A stretch of 64,000 nucleotides of DNA. It comes from Nitrospirota bacterium. Lineage in GTDB: Bacteria; Nitrospirota; UBA9217. The notes under the pieces are model-generated. The model was not told the DNA's origin. It did no database searches and saw only the letters and a program-made list of their open reading frames with translations. Each line of letters begins with the position of its first letter. Position 1 is the first letter of the stretch. The DNA lies in NCBI GenBank assembly GCA_963840455.1, contig CAWIYV010000009.1:224001-288000 (forward strand), given 5' to 3'. Shown one piece after another: positions 62,086 to 64,000 of the stretch. The position numbers and the translations under genes are program-made.

Positions 62086-62628
62086 CTAATATATCGACGC
62101 TGTTGCTGACAAGGACAGATTCGCTTCCAGACCGAATACGGTCGAAATGGTCATGGTGTCGATTCCCGTGGCATCATCGAGGACAAGTGGTACGAAACTC
62201 GATACAGTCGGAGACCCTGAAGCGATATTGGCGGTCACCTTACAAAATTCTCCCGCGGCGAAACCGGCAGCGCTGTAAACATATACCTTCACTGTTCCCG
62301 GGAACGTCCCTGTTGCTGCGGTATAAACTCCATCAATGACGGCGCCCGATGCCTTCCCTGACGCAGTCACCACGCCGGTGCCTGTTGCTGATGAGCTCGG
62401 CATGGTCTTGACCGTAACACCGGCAGGCAGGGTGATGGTGACGTCATAACTGTTGATGGTTGTTGTTAGAGGGAAAGTGGTGGTAACCGCGGTCGAAAGT
62501 GTTAGGATCGCCGTGGTAGGCTGGAATGGTGGTGGCGGCGTACTGCTGCTCCCTCCGCCGCCGCAGGCCGAAAGCATAGCGAGGCCAAGAGCAACTATCA
62601 ACAAGATGGATAGGGATGTCTTTTTCAT
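62086..62628 (-). CDS. Beta-rich lipoprotein (possibly cohesin-like)
   Basis: Lipobox LSAC followed by GGGG; YDVTITLPAGV..GEFCKVT. Confidence 0.75.
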   Translation of the reverse strand: MKKTSLSILLIVALGLAMLSACGGGGSSSTPPPPFQPTTAILTLSTAVTTTFPLTTTINSYDVTITLPAGVTVKTMPSSSATGTGVVTASGKASGAVIDGVYTAATGTFPGTVKVYVYSAAGFAAGEFCKVTANIASGSPTVSSFVPLVLDDATGIDTMTISTVFGLEANLSLSATASIY

Positions 62629-62767
62629 TTATCTGATCCTCCTGGAATTTACGTTCCCTTCATGCTGCTAACGTTGAACAGCGTAGCAAGCGTTTTTTCG
62701 GCAGGCTCACCAGGCGTGGCCAGCATTCAAGCCTGGCCGTTCTGGTGTCCTGCCGGTACTCACCGCA

Positions 62768-64000
62768 TTACCAACTAGGCAGAAGAGCTGCCTTTCTCAA
62801 TATTGCAACCACATCGGCGCTGTCAAGCTTCCCATCGGGCACACGGGTCCCGCTTGACAGCGGGGCCACGTCGCCATGCGCAGTATCTGACGCGGTCGGT
62901 GTATCAATGCCGGCAACGAACCGAAGAGCCTTGAGGGCGTCGATCATGTCCACGATGCCGTCACCATTCAAATCACCGGAAGCATTGTCCACGGTGAAGG
63001 TAGCGCCCGGCCCGGCCGAAGAAGAGATGTTTCCTGCCAGGTCGCTTGCCGTCCCCGCCGCTATCGATATGCCGAGCGTTCCGTTGAATCCCGTGATATT
63101 AGAGACCGTGATCGTTCTGCTGCTCGTTCCTGCGCCGGTCACCGTGACTGACCCGTTCGCGTCGCCGGTCTTGTTCAAGGTTACATTCCCCGCCGCCAGG
63201 GTCACGTTGTCAGCGCCGGTGTAGGTCACGGTGTATGTTACCGGTGTGCCTTTATTTGCCACGGACAACGATGGCGGGCTGACCGCCAGGGTAGGCGCAG
63301 TGGTGTCATAGGTCCTGGTGAGCTGCAGAGCGGCACTGTTGCCGTTGCCCGCCGCGTCCTGAGCTACGTTACCAGCAACGTTCACCGTCACCGCGCCATT
63401 GGCAGTCGGCGTGACGTTGAAGTTATAGGTGGTGCCGCTGCCGGTAAAGTTTCCGATGGAGCCGTTGCCGACGATCACGTCGCCGCTCACAAAGCCCGTG
63501 ACCGCTTCGCTGAAGGTCACGGTCACTGGTATCGGCGATGTTCTGGTCTGATTCGAGGCCAGGGAGCTGATCGTCACGGTCGGCTGTGTGCTGTCATAGG
63601 TTCGGGCAAGCTGTACAGCCGCACTGTTATTGTTGCCCGCAGCGTCCTGGGCCACTCCGCCAGCAACGTCCACCGTCACGATACCATCAGCAGCGGGCGT
63701 AACAGTGAGGGTGTACGTAGTCCCGCTGACAGCAGTAAATAACCCGATGGAGCCGTTGCCGATGGTCACGTCACCGCTCGTGAAGCCCGTGACCGGTTCA
63801 CTGAAGGTCACGGTAAACGGGATCGGTAGTGCATTCGTCGGACTCGAGACGCTGGAGCTGATCACCGCGGTCGGCGCCACAGTGTCATACGTCCTGGTGA
63901 GCGAGACTGCCGCCAGGTTTGGGTTGCTCGCCACGTCGTGCGCAACACCGGCTGCAATTCCAACTGTTACCGTGAAATTGCCGGTTGGCGTAACATTGAA
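62768..64000 (-). CDS. Ig-like repeat surface protein with C-terminal dockerin-like domain (5' end outside the window)
   Basis: VTFSE.VTGF...QDAAGN repeats; GDLNGDGIVDMIDAL and GDVAP..DGKLDSADVVAIL. Confidence 0.85.
   Translation of the reverse strand, partial: FNVTPTGNFTVTVGIAAGVAHDVASNPNLAAVSLTRTYDTVAPTAVISSSVSSPTNALPIPFTVTFSEPVTGFTSGDVTIGNGSIGLFTAVSGTTYTLTVTPAADGIVTVDVAGGVAQDAAGNNNSAAVQLARTYDSTQPTVTISSLASNQTRTSPIPVTVTFSEAVTGFVSGDVIVGNGSIGNFTGSGTTYNFNVTPTANGAVTVNVAGNVAQDAAGNGNSAALQLTRTYDTTAPTLAVSPPSLSVANKGTPVTYTVTYTGADNVTLAAGNVTLNKTGDANGSVTVTGAGTSSRTITVSNITGFNGTLGISIAAGTASDLAGNISSSAGPGATFTVDNASGDLNGDGIVDMIDALKALRFVAGIDTPTASDTAHGDVAPLSSGTRVPDGKLDSADVVAILRKAALLPSW

Overview
The window has two parts. 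(A) 1-29868 is GC-rich core-like chromosome of an anaerobic diderm bacterium; gene content and style suggest Nitrospirota or Desulfobacterota, which is inference only. It holds a DsrM-like + HdrD-like + cysteate synthase + fused ComDE operon (archaeal-type coenzyme M precursor route), two cardiolipin synthases, nth, a 9-heme cytochrome c, OsmC, rubrerythrin, a selenocysteine formate dehydrogenase with NuoE/NuoF-like partners, alr, mlaEFD, galU, lon, thiL, tRNA-fMet and many REP/MITE-like palindromes. (B) From tRNA-fMet to the end is an accessory, island-like region with decayed genes at its left edge. Its centrepiece (34043-53206) is a candidate undescribed fibre/pilus system: a beta-helix adhesin ending in an incomplete DUF11/CnaB-like domain, three small secreted proteins that look like circularly permuted DUF11 domains (Asn-bearing hairpin moved to the N-terminus), and a 1985-aa OmpA + beta-barrel protein whose mature N-terminus carries the same hairpin. 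This fits a sortase-free, isopeptide-crosslinked, donor-strand pilus anchored to its own outer-membrane barrel. HD-GYP, FecR, histidine kinase and two GGDEF genes are embedded in the locus. Further on are three GEMM-I riboswitches (one with the cGAMP-type A20), an Ig-repeat lipoprotein, glmS and cohesin/dockerin-like proteins. All family calls come from motif recognition by eye; no searches were run.
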